Source of the DNA: Oikopleura dioica
Taxonomy: Eukaryota; Animalia; Chordata
Direction of reading: 5' to 3'
NCBI GenBank assembly: GCA_907165135.1
Contig: OU015568.1
Coordinates: forward strand, 9,486,001 to 9,550,000
DNA length: 64,000 bases
The notes beneath the pieces are model-generated. The model worked only from the letters and a program-made list of their open reading frames with translations. It was not told the DNA's origin and ran no database searches. Positions 34,882 to 50,469 of the stretch are shown here, piece after piece (positions within the stretch are counted from its first letter, which is position 1; every line of letters starts with the position of its first letter). A program made the translations under genes and the position numbers.

Positions 34882-37800
34882 ACTATCGATTAATACTTTT
34901 GCATTTACTTTTTTACCCATTTTGATATACATTTTTGTACAAAGGTTAAAAGAATAAACATGACTTGTCGTTCTCGCAGCTTTATCTATCTGAATTTGTT
35001 TAGAAAGATGATCATTTAATTATGCTGGATTTAATACAGCTTGATACATAATATGATCCAGGTCAGGGATCTGCATCACACTTTAATCTCATAATATAAG
35101 ATAAAATCTAAGCTTTCTTTTTTTTCTGATATTTGATGATTCTTTTGATATTAAATATGGTTGACGCACACTTTTTGGGTAACCGAGTAACAGTGACACC
35201 CTTAGTTGCTTAATAAGGACTCACATAAATAGACATTTTCGGCAGTAAGGAAATTATACGGTATTATGCACACTCATTTAATCTCGCTAAAACTTGTTCC
35301 CAGATCGATCTCGTTTCCATTATCCGTTTGAAATGGCTGTATAAATTCTCACCGAGCCACTGTAGTTCAGTCGACTGCATTTAACGAAGATGCAATCAGC
35401 GATAAAGTGGAGCACTTAAAGTTGCAATGTATTCAGTCCACGTCGTGAAAGATTAATCGACACCAGTAAGCAGGGGTACTCCGGCGGCCAACAGGCATGC
35501 ATGGGCTGACATGCAAAACCACAACTTTGGCTAAACTGAAAACTAAGAGCGTCAAGAGCAAACGAAACACGAATAACTCTTCATCAGTTCGCAACGGTAA
35601 GAAAACAAAGAGAAAAGGGGTTGTTCCATGATGAATAAAAAACGCGAACTTTAGACATTTTAGTGGCAACAGAAAGCCATTTCCTGTAGCCAGAGAAAAC
35701 ATTTCTGTCCGACAGTAGTGGACTACAGTTTTTTTTTCTTGCAAAAGTCATTTTTTAAATGAGCCACAACCTGATTTCAAAAAAGGAGAATTAGTTGTCT
35801 TGGCTTCATAAATATTAAAATTCAATTCAATCAATTTTTAGACAGGCTCAAAGGTAATTACAGGCGACAGCAAAATGGAAATCAAAAATAAACCTAGCAA
35901 AGTTGAAAAAACCAAAACGATGAAATATTTAGATAATGAGGGCTGAAGTAATGATCCAGTAATGTCTGAGAGTGTCTGGATAAGCCGGCTGTCGAGGCCT
36001 AGCCCGCCGGTTCAAAATGGTAAAGTCAAGAAGAAGCACTTTGTTAAGTTTGGAAGCAACCAAGGATCGGATCGATTCATCCCACTCTAAAATCAACTGA
36101 AGTCGATGCTACTTTTTACGATGTTTTCTATTATAAGCCGCGTTTTCACATGTTGATCCAGTCGCGTTTTAGCGAAGCTTTCTCGGCATAAATATGTAAA
36201 TTCATTCATGAGGCATTATTGTGACAATTTTTAAATTAGACCAAAATCCTTTTTGGCTACGTCCACCCGATAATTTAGAATTCTGAATTGGATTAAACAG
36301 AATCTCCTCCCTCTCAGACTCTGTCTGTTTTTAGGAAATTAAATCAGTCAGAGTAGAAAGTCGAAGTGACCTTCGCCTTTCGCACTGTATTAACTTTACG
36401 ACAGTCGTTTATTTATAAACAAGTCTCATCAACACAAAGTTCATCCATATTCGATAGCTTTGTCCATATGCGATGGATTATTCACTGTTTCATAAATAAT
36501 GAAGACTATTTTTTCGAACTTTTGTCGATTTCGAAATTCTTTGTGTGGGATCAAACATGATTAAAATCAATTTGACAATCAGAAAATCACTGTAGACAAA
36601 GTTTGGGCAGTAAAGAACGTTATAAAATAGCACTCGCGTCAATTGAAAAGGGTTTTAATCCTTTTACTAACTGATAAAAGAACTTCGTTGGTCATTTGTG
36701 ATCACTTATCGAGGTGTTGATAGCCTCTTGGCAGAACTTTTACAGTGCCTTTTATACTTGCGAACTTCTTTTTGAAGTTTTAGGTTTATTTTACTTTCAG
36801 AAGATGTGATTCTTCTATTGAGTAGTTAACCTAGTATGCGTAAATCTAATGTACAAATTGAGCACCTAAAATAGAAGCATAGGAGAAGCCCTTTTAAACA
36901 AGGACCCCATAAGAAAATGTCCTTCAGAGTTGACGAGAGGTCGCACTTGATCCGGTCTTGCCTATTGTACAGTCAGGGCAATAGCCTGTGGGCCCAATTT
37001 TTACTCTCGCGCGCCTTTTCTCTCTTCTTCAATTTTAATTCTGCTGTGACGCATGTGAACACACCTTGTCTCACACTTTTTACCCTCGAAAAAAATATTT
37101 CAAACAGCTGCTCGAATTAAACAGAGATTGAAGAAGAAATTCCCAGCTCCGTGCTCTTTTGGAGACATAGAAGAGAACCTCTCGGCGGGAGAGAACGGAG
37201 AAAACGCGCTTCCGCGGCTCGAGTACTTGAATTCCCGCGTTGAGGTGGTTTTATGGTGCGTCGGGAATGGGAAACGGCTCTGCGGTCAAGCAGGACTCGG
37301 GCCAGTCTGAGAACCTGCCCCTCAGACCCCCTTCAGAAGGATCGGGCACATTTTTGACAGGAATATGCGTTGTCGATATTGACAGAAAGAAAGGACGTTT
37401 TAGATTTTTATTGGATTGAGGAAGAGGTCACGTTGAATACTTGATAACAAGCGGTTATATCTGAACATCGGCCATGTCTTCTACCGATTCTTTGAGACTC
37501 CAGTACTCGTATTTATACAGTCATTTTTCTGTTTTCTGCATTTCCGATTTTCATTTACAGTTTTCATCAATTGATAATTGGCGTTTTTGGAACATTCTTG
37601 ATTACTATTTAAATAATTTTTATTGTCATAATTAGAAATTTAGTGATTTTTTCACATAAGAATCATAAATGAACAGTATCTAATCTAAAAATGCATCGAG
37701 AAGAGCGTAAACAGTCTATCTTTTTTGTATTCGTTCCATTTATTGATTTCATTAATTTTTAAATTTGTATTGACTCACAAAATCGAGATTATAACCGTTT

Positions 37801-38044
37801 TCGACAACTGCTGAATGAAAGCTTAGATCAATATCATTTTATTTATACAAAACCTCTGACTTATTTCGGACTCGTTTGGTTTAAATCGATCCGCGAAAGG
37901 GCGAACCTCCGAAGTGCCCGGGAAAGTCGTCGTCGGTCGCGGCCGAAAGACGAAAAATGAAAATCATAAGCCTTCATTCTCCCTCTCTTCAAAGGAAGGG
38001 CTGATTAGTTTATGTCACTTGGAGTAATAGACTATCTTTTCAAG

Positions 38045-41159
<3,115 letters not shown>

Positions 41160-41348
41160 CAAAGATCTCAACTTTTTATATTTTGCAAATATAGTTATTC
41201 AAGTGCCTTAAACTTTGTCACACAATTAAAAATAGCTATCTGTACAGAATAAAGATCCACTTATGCCTTCAATCCAAAACGAATTCTCTTTATTACAGTT
41301 ATTATTCATGTCGGAGACAGAGGCACCAATACAGCAAATATACAGCAG

Positions 41349-41625
41349 TCATACAACAGTGATTTTTGTTGACTGAGTATCGATTTGAATCTGGAGATCC
41401 GCTTTTTCGTCGTTCTGATCGTCATTTCTCGCGTTTTCTTCGAGTTGAAACATTGAAATCAAGGAAGAAAATGACATATTTTTCACCTTTCAACGGAGAG
41501 CAAAGATAATACAGTGCTAAAAATGCCATTGCCAAAACCACGCACGAAAGCGAAACAACAAGAATGATGCCCTTTTCTCCCCAAAATCTATTCTCTGTTT
41601 GCTCGGCTTCGCCTTCAGAATGCAA
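41349..41625 (-). CDS. Small single-pass membrane protein ending ...TQSTKITVV* (N-terminus unresolved)
   Basis: TM GIILVVSLSCVVLAMAFLALYYLC, then a GT-AG intron near 41440-41490 joining in frame to an acidic tail. No ATG found at the start of this exon. Confidence 0.42.
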
Positions 41626-41927
41626 AAGATCTTTATGGAGAAATTTAACAATAGCGGTTGAAGAGTATTTTTAAATCAAATTTCTCACATGACCATGTTC
41701 TACCTTCGAAGTCTCTCTAACAAAAAAGAACTATCTATCTGTTACTGTGACTAAAACCAGCGTAGTAACTCATGTCGTGGGTAAAACGAAAACGCGCTAG
41801 TCTGACGTATATAACTTAAATACGCATTAGAATAGATAAGTGTGAAAAATGCTAAGAAGGTGGGGTAAAATTGACAACTACGGCCTTATCGGCTGTGGAG
41901 AGTACACAAATGTAGAACCAAAACAAG

Positions 41928-42197
41928 GTGCAGAAAAACAACTGCTCTGGAAAGACTGGTCAACAGTTCCATGATTGCGTCGCAAAAGAACTCGGAAAAG
42001 GAGCTTCGAAAATTTGCCCTGGAACTGACAGTGCTCATTTTCTCGTTTCAAAGCCAGGTAAAGTCCACACAAGAACTCTTTCTGACTATATTGAAGGAAC
42101 TCCGATGTACTTTGCGATTTATGGGGGTGGATACTCAAGCACAAACAAATTCGATACTGTCGGTTATTGCGTTGGAATGGATTTTGCCTTAGAATGA
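41928..42197 (+). CDS. Possible short Cys-containing ORF of unknown function
   Basis: 89-aa open frame with protein-like composition (…TPMYFAIYGGGYSSTNKFDTVGYCVGMDFALE*). No start exon or homology recognised. Confidence 0.22.
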   Translation: MQKNNCSGKTGQQFHDCVAKELGKGASKICPGTDSAHFLVSKPGKVHTRTLSDYIEGTPMYFAIYGGGYSSTNKFDTVGYCVGMDFALE

Positions 42198-42458
42198 AAA
42201 TATTAGAAAAGGATACTTTGAACATTCAAAAAAACTGTTCAAAAAGTTGAAAACGGTTGTGTTTTACAAGTTTTTATTCAAGTTCGTTAAAGGATTTTCG
42301 CAGGAAAAAAAAGGTTTCTAAATGAGATTTTCCTACAAGTAGACGTATAAGTGAAATTGGCTTCTTGCTGAGCCTGGCAGACAAATACAAGTTTTCTATA
42401 AACTTTCTTTCTTCTTTTTTTTATTTAATACTGGCGGTTGTTTCGGTTGGGCATCGCA

Positions 42459-45400
42459 CTAGAATTTACTTGAGTATGATTTGGTAGAGAAATCAACTTA
42501 CCCTCGGTTAGGCATGGGCCAGTTTCCATTTCCCTGCGGTCCGCCGAAGTTAGGCTGTCGTCGTGGTCCACCAACGTTCTGCTGGAACGATCCACTCATG
42601 TTTTGGCCGCCGTAGCCTCGCGCTCCCTGTGGAGCTGGACGATTCTGGCCTCCATAGGATACGCCACTGGGAGCAGCTGCAGCGGGACGAGACTGACCAG
42701 GTGGTTGGTACTGAGATCCGGAGGATGCTCCGTAGCCTGTAGTGCCACCGACTCCTCCTCGAGGGCCGCCGCTGTAAGAAGAAGACGGGGCAGTGTAGCG
42801 AGTTCGCTCGGCCTCCAGTTGCTTCCTAAAATATTTGTGATCAAGTGAAATTGATTGGGAAAATAGCCGACCCATTAATTTCTCGAATAAAAAAAATCAG
42901 AAATTTTTTACTATGATTTTATCATTGAGTTCATTTTAAAATTTTTTCCATCCAAAAAGCCTTTTTAATTTTCGGCTTTCTCAAAAATTCTTCATTAGCA
43001 AAAAGGTATTTGTTTCGCAAATTATCCCTCAATATTTCTTTAATCTTAATAAATTTATCCCTCAGGATAAGCGGGATTAGATGAGCCGGATATATTATAT
43101 AATGAAAATATGAAAAAGTTAAATTTTTATGATTTTTTATCAATAAAATACCCCGTAAAACTCGATCCATTGATTCATATCATATATTGAAATTTAGAAA
43201 AGTCCAGTCACTTTTTGACGGTCACCGATTCAAATGCCTTCGGCAGGTGAACAAACTCGAATAAATAAGTCTCCAAAGAAGAAGCTACCAAGATTTCTTC
43301 AAGCTCGAAAGAAAATTATTTCTCTTTGCTGTAAGAGAAGAACTCGCCCAGGAACTTTTTTGTGAATAAAAAGCGGCAAGTTTTCAATTGCCCGACCCAA
43401 CCGGTTGATAAATGTGTGTTGATAAATGAAAGAAAGTCAAGTCAAGACAAGAAAGTCTGACGTTTGGAAGTCGTACTTTTCTCGCTCAAAGCGTTCTCGT
43501 TCGAGGCGAAGCGCGTTTCGTTCCTTTCGGATCTTTTCAGATTCGAAGTTGGACTGAAGCGCGTGAATCTCCGCCTCCAGACGCTTGTTATCGTCGATGA
43601 GCTTCTTGATGTCGTGAGATAAACCATGTTTTTCACGCATCATTTTTTCTTGGTTAGTCTTCTCGAATCTGTAATCCTTCTCCATGGCCCGAAGGTCATT
43701 TTTATATTTTGTAGTGCTCGCTTGCATGTCTCTAACTGAATATTTTTTGAATAAAAGCAAACTCGTTATCATCAACTCTTAACCCTACCCCGCCGAATTG
43801 GACCTTCTAGGTTCAGCTACGATACATCGTTTTGAACTTTAAGAAAGGTCTGTACTTATTCCTGCTGAGATGTACACATATTTAAAAAGAAGGACTGTCT
43901 CAGAGGTGGTAAATGGTTCTCAAAGAATGCATCAAGGTATTTTAGGAGAAGTCTCTCCCAGGTTCTGATTTATGCACTGAATAGCACCCTTAAGGCAATT
44001 ATTTACCACCAGATTAACTCGCGAAGTAAATCGAGGTCCTCGATTTGAGATATTCTATAGCGAGTTATGAGTAAATCGAACTTTATACCGAGAATTTGAA
44101 AGGCTAAATTTCCGCATTCCTTCAAATCAGAGTGTAAAAAGTTAGATAAATTTGAGAAAGTATTGGTGCCAAAGAAACATAATTTTATTCTTTCCTGTCC
44201 AAAGTTTGGACTCCAAACCAATTGTAAAACACAAGCTAAATTTGGTTCTGTCCTTTTTAATCCCTTCCGAGCTTTTAGTGCGAAGGTAATTTTTCTATGA
44301 TGATTGTTGATTCACTAATTTACTGATATGGATGCAGTAAACCACGTTTATCAAGAACTTCTTCCGGCATTCAGCTCTATAAAAACTCGAAAATTTTCAA
44401 GGCGGGGTAGGGCAATAAAGAGTAACTCCTAGAAGTAGAAGCTCCATGCTGACATCTGTTGTAAACCGCTGCATCAGTTACATGCAAAGCAATAGAGAAA
44501 TAGAAACGGAGTGAAAAACTTACGTTCGCGGGTGCGATTCTTGTGCTGACTGCGGACATTGTTGAGCTCGTTTTCGGCCTTGATCAGTCGAGTCTTGACA
44601 TCGAGCACAGCCTTTTTCTTTTGGTCAGTTTCGTTCTAAAGTTAGTAAGTTTTCGGATCTTGGACACAACGCGGAGTACCTTGGTCTGTTTAATCTTCGA
44701 CTCCATCTGAGCGTCGGTATTCTGGGGCATTGGCTTGGCCGGATTTTTGACGGGCGAAGGTTTGGCTGGAGCACTATCGTCAGCTTTCTGTCGCTTAGGC
44801 ATGAGTCCATTGACCGCGTTGTTCGCTGCATCTGCAGTTCGTTTCTGTGCAGCCTTGGTGGGAGAAGCCTTCTTTAAAGTTGGATCGGCATCGACGCGCT
44901 CGACGGTGATCTTTCCCAACTCAGTAGTCTCGGAAAAAACTTTGAGGGCAAGCTCGTGGTCGGGCTTGTCCTTGAGCTCGATGTAGGCAAAGCTTTCCTG
45001 GGTTGCGCGGCGGAGAGCAACCTTCAATGCTAGAACAGTACCCTTGATTTCATTTTTGACAAGGAACTCCTTGATCGTCATCGCTTTTACGCTTTTCTGG
45101 AGGCCGCAGATCCAGATACCGTTCTTTGCTTCAGCAGCTGGCTGGGCAGTTCCACCGTTTTCAGCTTTCTTGGCGAGCTGTTCTTGTCGCTTCTTTTCGG
45201 CCGCTTCCTTTTTCTTTTGCTGCCAGGCTTTGCGTTTCTCCGCCTTGGTCATTTTCTTTGGAGTAGCTTTCTTCGGCGACGCAGCCTTTTCGGCAACAGG
45301 AGTTTCCTCCTCTTTCTTTTCTTCTGCCGGTGCTTCTGAAGCTTCAGCGGGCTTGGAAATAGCTTCGGCGGCTTTCGGCTCTTCCGCTTGCTCTTCGGAG

Positions 45401-46492
45401 AGATCATCGTGCTCGACTCCAAGAGTAAGCTGATCTTCTTCCGGCTCTACTTCCTCTTCCACCGGTGCTGTTTCTGTCTCCATTTTTCTTCGTCTGCTGG
45501 CTCCTCTGTTGGATCAGGTCGTTTGGGTGTAGCATCGCCTGTTTCTTCAGCAGCAGCGGCTTCTTCTGCGGATTCTTGCTCCTGTGCAGGTTCTTCTGCG
45601 ACCTCCTGGGTGACATCGGCAGCTTGCTCTTCCGCGGCTTTATTGGCTTCTGCGACTTCCGATTCTTGGATTTCTTCAAATTCCTCTGCTGGCTTTTCTT
45701 CTTCGACTGGAGCAGCTTCCGTTTCCATAGTTTCTTCAGCTTCGGCGGTTTCTTCGGCTTCTTCGGCAGCGGTAGTTTCTTTTGCTCCTCTTCAGCTGTT
45801 ACGGCTTCTTGTTCAGTTGCTTCTTCAGCTACCGCTTCGTCTTCAGCTGCCGCCTCGTCTTCAGCTACGATAGTGTCCTCAGCCTCATCGGCTTCCTCGA
45901 CTGTCTCGTCGGCTACCTCAGCGACGGATTCAGCCGCTTCGACTTCGAATTCAAATTCATCCGGATCTTCGCCTTCATCTTCAAGCCAGTCAGACAGCAA
46001 CTGAATAAAATATTCAGCGAAAAGTTCAATAAAATAGGTGACTGCCTTAATCGTCGTTAAAACGTTGCATCGGCTGCCTTAATCGTCGTTAAAACGTTGC
46101 ATCGGACTGCTTTAGTCGTCGCTAAAACGTTGCATGGGCTGCCTTAATCGTCGTCTGACTCATCTTGCCTTTTTCAATTTCAAGATAGGTAGGCGCGCGC
46201 CAACCAGCGCTTTCAGAGTGTTTCTAGACTTTCCAGATTCTCCCAAGACGACGATTAAGGCAGCCCAATGCAACGTTTTAGCGACGACGATTAAGGCAGC
46301 CGATGCAACGTTTTAACGACGATTAAGGCAGTCTCCTATTTTAATCATCTTTCTCGGTCGATTCGATTCTAGATAAAGCGTTTACCTTTCGAAGGGCGTC
46401 GGGCTTGTCGGCCTGGCTTCGTCGGACTTTGATTCCATTTTTTCGATCTCACATTTCACCTGCTCGTCAGTCAATTCCTCGAGCTTAACCAT
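42459..46492 (-). CDS. SAFB: SAFB/SLTM-like protein (SAP domain, acidic region, RRM, coiled coil, Gly-rich tail); three apparent 1-nt frameshifts
   Basis: SAP-like LEELTDEQVKCEIEKNGIK...ALRK|LLSDWLEDEGEDPDEFEF; RRM GIWICGL...FAYIEL...KITVERV; RLERERFERE coiled coil; GT-AG introns 46001-46385, about 43741-44523 and about 42826-43466. Confidence 0.78.
46030..46343. mobile_element. Non-autonomous foldback/MITE-like element with inverted arms built from a 32-nt tandem repeat, flanked by TA
   Basis: Left end TAAAATAGGTGACTGCCTTAATCGTCGTTAAAACGTTGCATCGG matches the reverse complement of the right end (TAAAATAGGAGACTGCC...) with one mismatch. About 3.5 units on the left and 2.5 on the right, with a roughly 90-nt spacer. 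Confidence 0.8.
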
Positions 46493-46856
46493 GATCTAAA
46501 AGTATCAAATTGATAGAAAAATAACTATTGAAGCAAATGAGGAAGAGATTATAAAAATGTTAACCTTGCTGATATAATATCAGTGATATTAGCGGAATTC
46601 CTTGTAAAAAGTTTAGACACAAAACCCAAGGATATTCGCATTTTCAGGATAAAATATTTGACTCTCTTTACTCTCTCGTTCTGATCGAGGAGTGGTCGGA
46701 TAGTGCCAGTTACACGTGAGCTCTAGAGAAAAATCCTAGTTTGCAGCGCAGCTGAACTAGAATTGTCTCGAAGAAAACGTGATAAGTAAAACGAAAGAAG
46801 GACAGTCATCTTTTATTCGTCTTTCTTCATGATATTTTTAACAGAAGTTAGCAAGT

Positions 46857-49007
46857 TCATCGCTGAGATCTTGTATCGGCAAGGAAATATGGAGAGTTTG
46901 CTATAACCTAAAGCAATTTTAAGAGATATGAATAAAATAAATTCCCTACCAATGGATCTTTTCCTAGAATGATATCCGCTGCTTTCTCGGCAATAGCAAT
47001 CGTCGGAGCATTTAAATTTCCCGATGCTATGCTGGGCATTATTGAAGCATCGATGACGCGCAATCCTTGTGTCCCAAAAACGCGGCATTCTGAATCAACG
47101 ACCGCCATCGGATCTTCTTCTTTCCCCATTTTGCAGGAACAGGCTGGGTGATAGACGGTTTCGATGAACGATTTGATCCATTCTTCTATTTCTTTGTCGT
47201 TTTTGAATTCTTTACCGGGGACGAGTTCGGCTTTCCGGAACTCGTCAAATGCTGATTGGGCGAAAATCTCGCGCGTAAGTTTCAAACATTCGACGAGATC
47301 GGGCAGGTCTTCCGGGTGGGACAGGTATTTTGGATCGATTTTTGGATGCTCTCTGAAAATAAAAGTACTTGTAATAGACATGAAAAGAAATTCACCTTGG
47401 ATTATTGGATCTAATTTTGATATGCCCCGTCGATTTAGCCCGCAATGTTCCAACATGAGCTTGAAAAGCCTCTTCAGTAAGTTCCCCACGGCCGTGATCA
47501 AGATACTGGCTTGGCACGAAATGTAGTTGAATGTCTGGATGATCAAGTTCTTCCGCCGCCTTGGTCCTGATAAACGCTCCAGCGTGGAAATGATTCGTCG
47601 CGCAGATGCCAGTTCCTTTGAGAAACCACTCGGCTCCGATGAGCTGCATCAATGGCGATTTTTGATACTTTTGGAGTGAAAGGCCGGGTAGAGTTCTATG
47701 CTAAATTTTGAGCTCAGAAAGCATCAAAGCTTTAGTTACTTACAGAAACGGAGATTTCAATATGATCTTGCAGATTTTCACCGACGCCAGGCAAGTCAAC
47801 AATCGGATCAACTTCGGCCTTCTCTAATTCAACTGCGTTTCCGATCCCAGAAAGTTGAAGCATCTGGGGCGAATTGATTGCTCCTCCACATAGAATTACC
47901 TCACTAGCTTCGATGAAGAGGTTTTCTCCAAACGAATTTCGCGATTTGAAGCTAGAAATATTCACGCCAGAAGCAGTTGTCCCGCTAAACACGACTTTGT
48001 CTACAAGAGAATCTGACAGGATCGTTAGATTTTCTCGCTTTCGCGCTGGGTCCAGATAACAAGAAGAAGCATTGGCTCGGGATCCATCGTACTTGTTAAC
48101 TGTCATCGGCAGCTTTCCAAAACCCTCTTGTTGATAGCCATTTATATCTTCTGTTTTCGCATAGCCTGCTTCAACCCCTGCTTGAATGAATGCTTCATAC
48201 AGTGGAGTGTTAAAGTCACCGTCAGCTACATGAAGTGGTCCACTTCTTCCTTTGTAGAAATCATCTTCTTCTGCCGCGTAAAAGTTCTGGGATTTTTTGA
48301 AATAAGGCAGAAGGTGATCATAGTTCCATTTTTCATCCCCAATCTCTTCCGCCCATCGATCCTGATCTTTTCCATGGCCTCTAACGTAAACCATCGCATT
48401 CAACGAGCTACTGCCTCCGATAACTCTACCACGCGGCCAATAGAAGGAACGATTATTCGCGTGCTTTTGAGGAACAGTTTCGTAGAACCAGTTGTATTTT
48501 TCATCCTGCAGATTGTACTGCAACGCAGCCGGCATGTGAATCTTCCACGACAGTATTTTTCCCAGTCGGGAGTCATGTTTTGCGAAAATATTATCAGACG
48601 GTCCAGCTTCCAAAAGAAGAACATTTTTGGATCCGTCTTCGGAAAGTCGATTTGCGAGCACGCATCCTGCTGATCCTCCACCGCAAATTATAAAATCGTA
48701 CTTTACTTTTGCAATTTTTCTTGCTTTTCTCAGCCAGAGCATTTTTTCTCGGGCAGATTTCGGTTTTTGGAACCGCGCAAAAATGCATTTATTTGATATT
48801 TTGATCAAATAAATGATGAAACAAACAAGTTGAGGCATGGTTTTGACAGCAAACGTACTCTTCCATGGTTTCAAAGTTATAAAGAACCCTGCTTTCTATC
48901 GAGTTAAAACAACACTTTGATTGAAGAAAAAACTGTAGAAAACTATATTCTGCTCTTTTAAAAAATCGGAGGTTAGAGTATGGAATGCGGCAATGAAGAT
49001 AAGGCAT
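46857..49007 (-). CDS. CHDH: Choline dehydrogenase (GMC oxidoreductase); start uncertain
   Basis: YDFIICGGGSAGCVLANRLSE, LLEAG, HMPAALQYNL, WPRGRVIGGSSSLNAMVYVRG, VGENLQDH, PDIQLHF, YHPACSCKMG, LRVIDASIMPSIASGNLNAPTIAIAEKAAD. Confidence 0.9.
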
Positions 49008-49017
49008 AGAAATGATT

Positions 49018-49972
49018 TCAGTAGAACTCTTCAGATTCGGGGCTGATGCGCTCGATCGCCGCCTGGATTTTCTCGTAGACTTCGAAGGCGGTGATTGAGG
49101 GCTGCTCTTCGATTTGAGGTAGTCGGAATGCGTGGTTTTTCATCGTTAGAGAACCGAAGCTGGTTTGTTCCATGTACTCGAAATCGCGAATGTTTGGCTC
49201 TCCATAGGAGCACTGAGAGAATCATTAAACCGGTAAATGGAGATGATGGTACCTTAATCGCTTTTGCCATTTCAACTTTTTCAACTCTCCCAAGTCGATC
49301 TTTGATTTCTTGTTCAATAAGGTTCTCTTTGTTGACATCAAGCCCGATCAAGTCCTTATAAACTGAAAGAATAAGTTCATTTCTTTGTAAAATTGTGAGG
49401 ATCTACTTTTATCATACGGATCGAAATTCAGTTCTTGAACTGCTTTGTCCCTCACACTCTTCTTCAAAACATCTGATTTGAGAATATGCTCCTTTGCATT
49501 GAATTTTTCTTGCCTGAATGATCATGAAATACGAAAAAAAACGTTAAGTTTACTTTATTTGCTCGATATTCTGCACCAGTAATTGGGTAGAATTCGTCGC
49601 GACTAATGGAATGTCTGGAATGCCTTCATCGTACGTTGTTATTTCCAAGTCTGATGATTTTTTAAACGAGCTTGCCCCTGAAGTTGACGCTCTCGATTGA
49701 GGTGGTGGGTCTATTTGCGTAATTTCGAGGTCAGAAGATTTTGTAACGGTCGATTTTGAGCGATATTCCGATGGAGCTGTGCTAGCCGTCAGAGAACGGA
49801 TTGTTGATGCGTCTGTCTGATGCTCTTCGTCTTTTACAAAATAGTTAATCTATTGTACTTGTTAACCATTCTCCTTCTTACCAATATCGCTTATATCAAG
49901 CTCCTCCGTAAGGCCTCCCGTACTCGACCTAACCGATGGGACCGGAGCATCCCTTTCAATACTTTTATCCAT
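49018..49972 (-). CDS. Uncharacterised multi-exon protein (Ser/Thr-rich N-terminus, helical C-terminus)
   Basis: ATG 49972 and exon frames linked by GT-AG boundaries, ending FEYMEQTSFGSLTMKNHAF...AFEVYEKIQAAIERISPESEEFY*. Confidence 0.5.
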
Positions 49973-50469
49973 CTTCAAAATATGAAAAAATAACGAGGAA
50001 GAAAGTAGAATAACTTAAAACTTGAAATATTGAGCATAATCACTCGATTTTAGGCACGATTGCTACAACCCAGGTAAAAACTACGATTCAGAGAACGATT
50101 CACAGAAATTAATGTTTTTGTTGCGTATTTTTTTCTTTTTGAAAGAGAGTGGTGAAAGTTGAAAGTGAGGAAACTTGAATGGTGGGATAGAATGGATAAT
50201 AGAATTTATGTATGTTGTAATGCGCGTTTTTACTGAATACAGCTTATTGTTAACATTGAACTTGGTAGATAAAGAAGCGATTGCATTATTTTTTTGTTAG
50301 GAGGAACCAGCACCACTTTTTCATAAATAAGGAAGATATAAATAAAGTTTTTTAGTTTTTTTTTTCAAATGTACAAATCATAGGTTCTTTGAGCGATAAA
50401 CTAGAACAGAAAGATGAACAGACAGAGCAATTAGAAGTGATAGATAGTACGACAGGAGAACGGTTTTCT

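Noticed and set aside
45388-46060. Long plus-strand Ser/Ala/Phe-rich ORFs
   Set aside because: Antisense shadows of the GAA/GCT-rich acidic region of the SAFB-like gene.
46040-46160. 32-nt direct repeats resembling a CRISPR array
   Set aside because: The units are head-to-tail with no unique spacers, are mirrored as an inverted arm, and lie in a eukaryotic intron with no cas genes.
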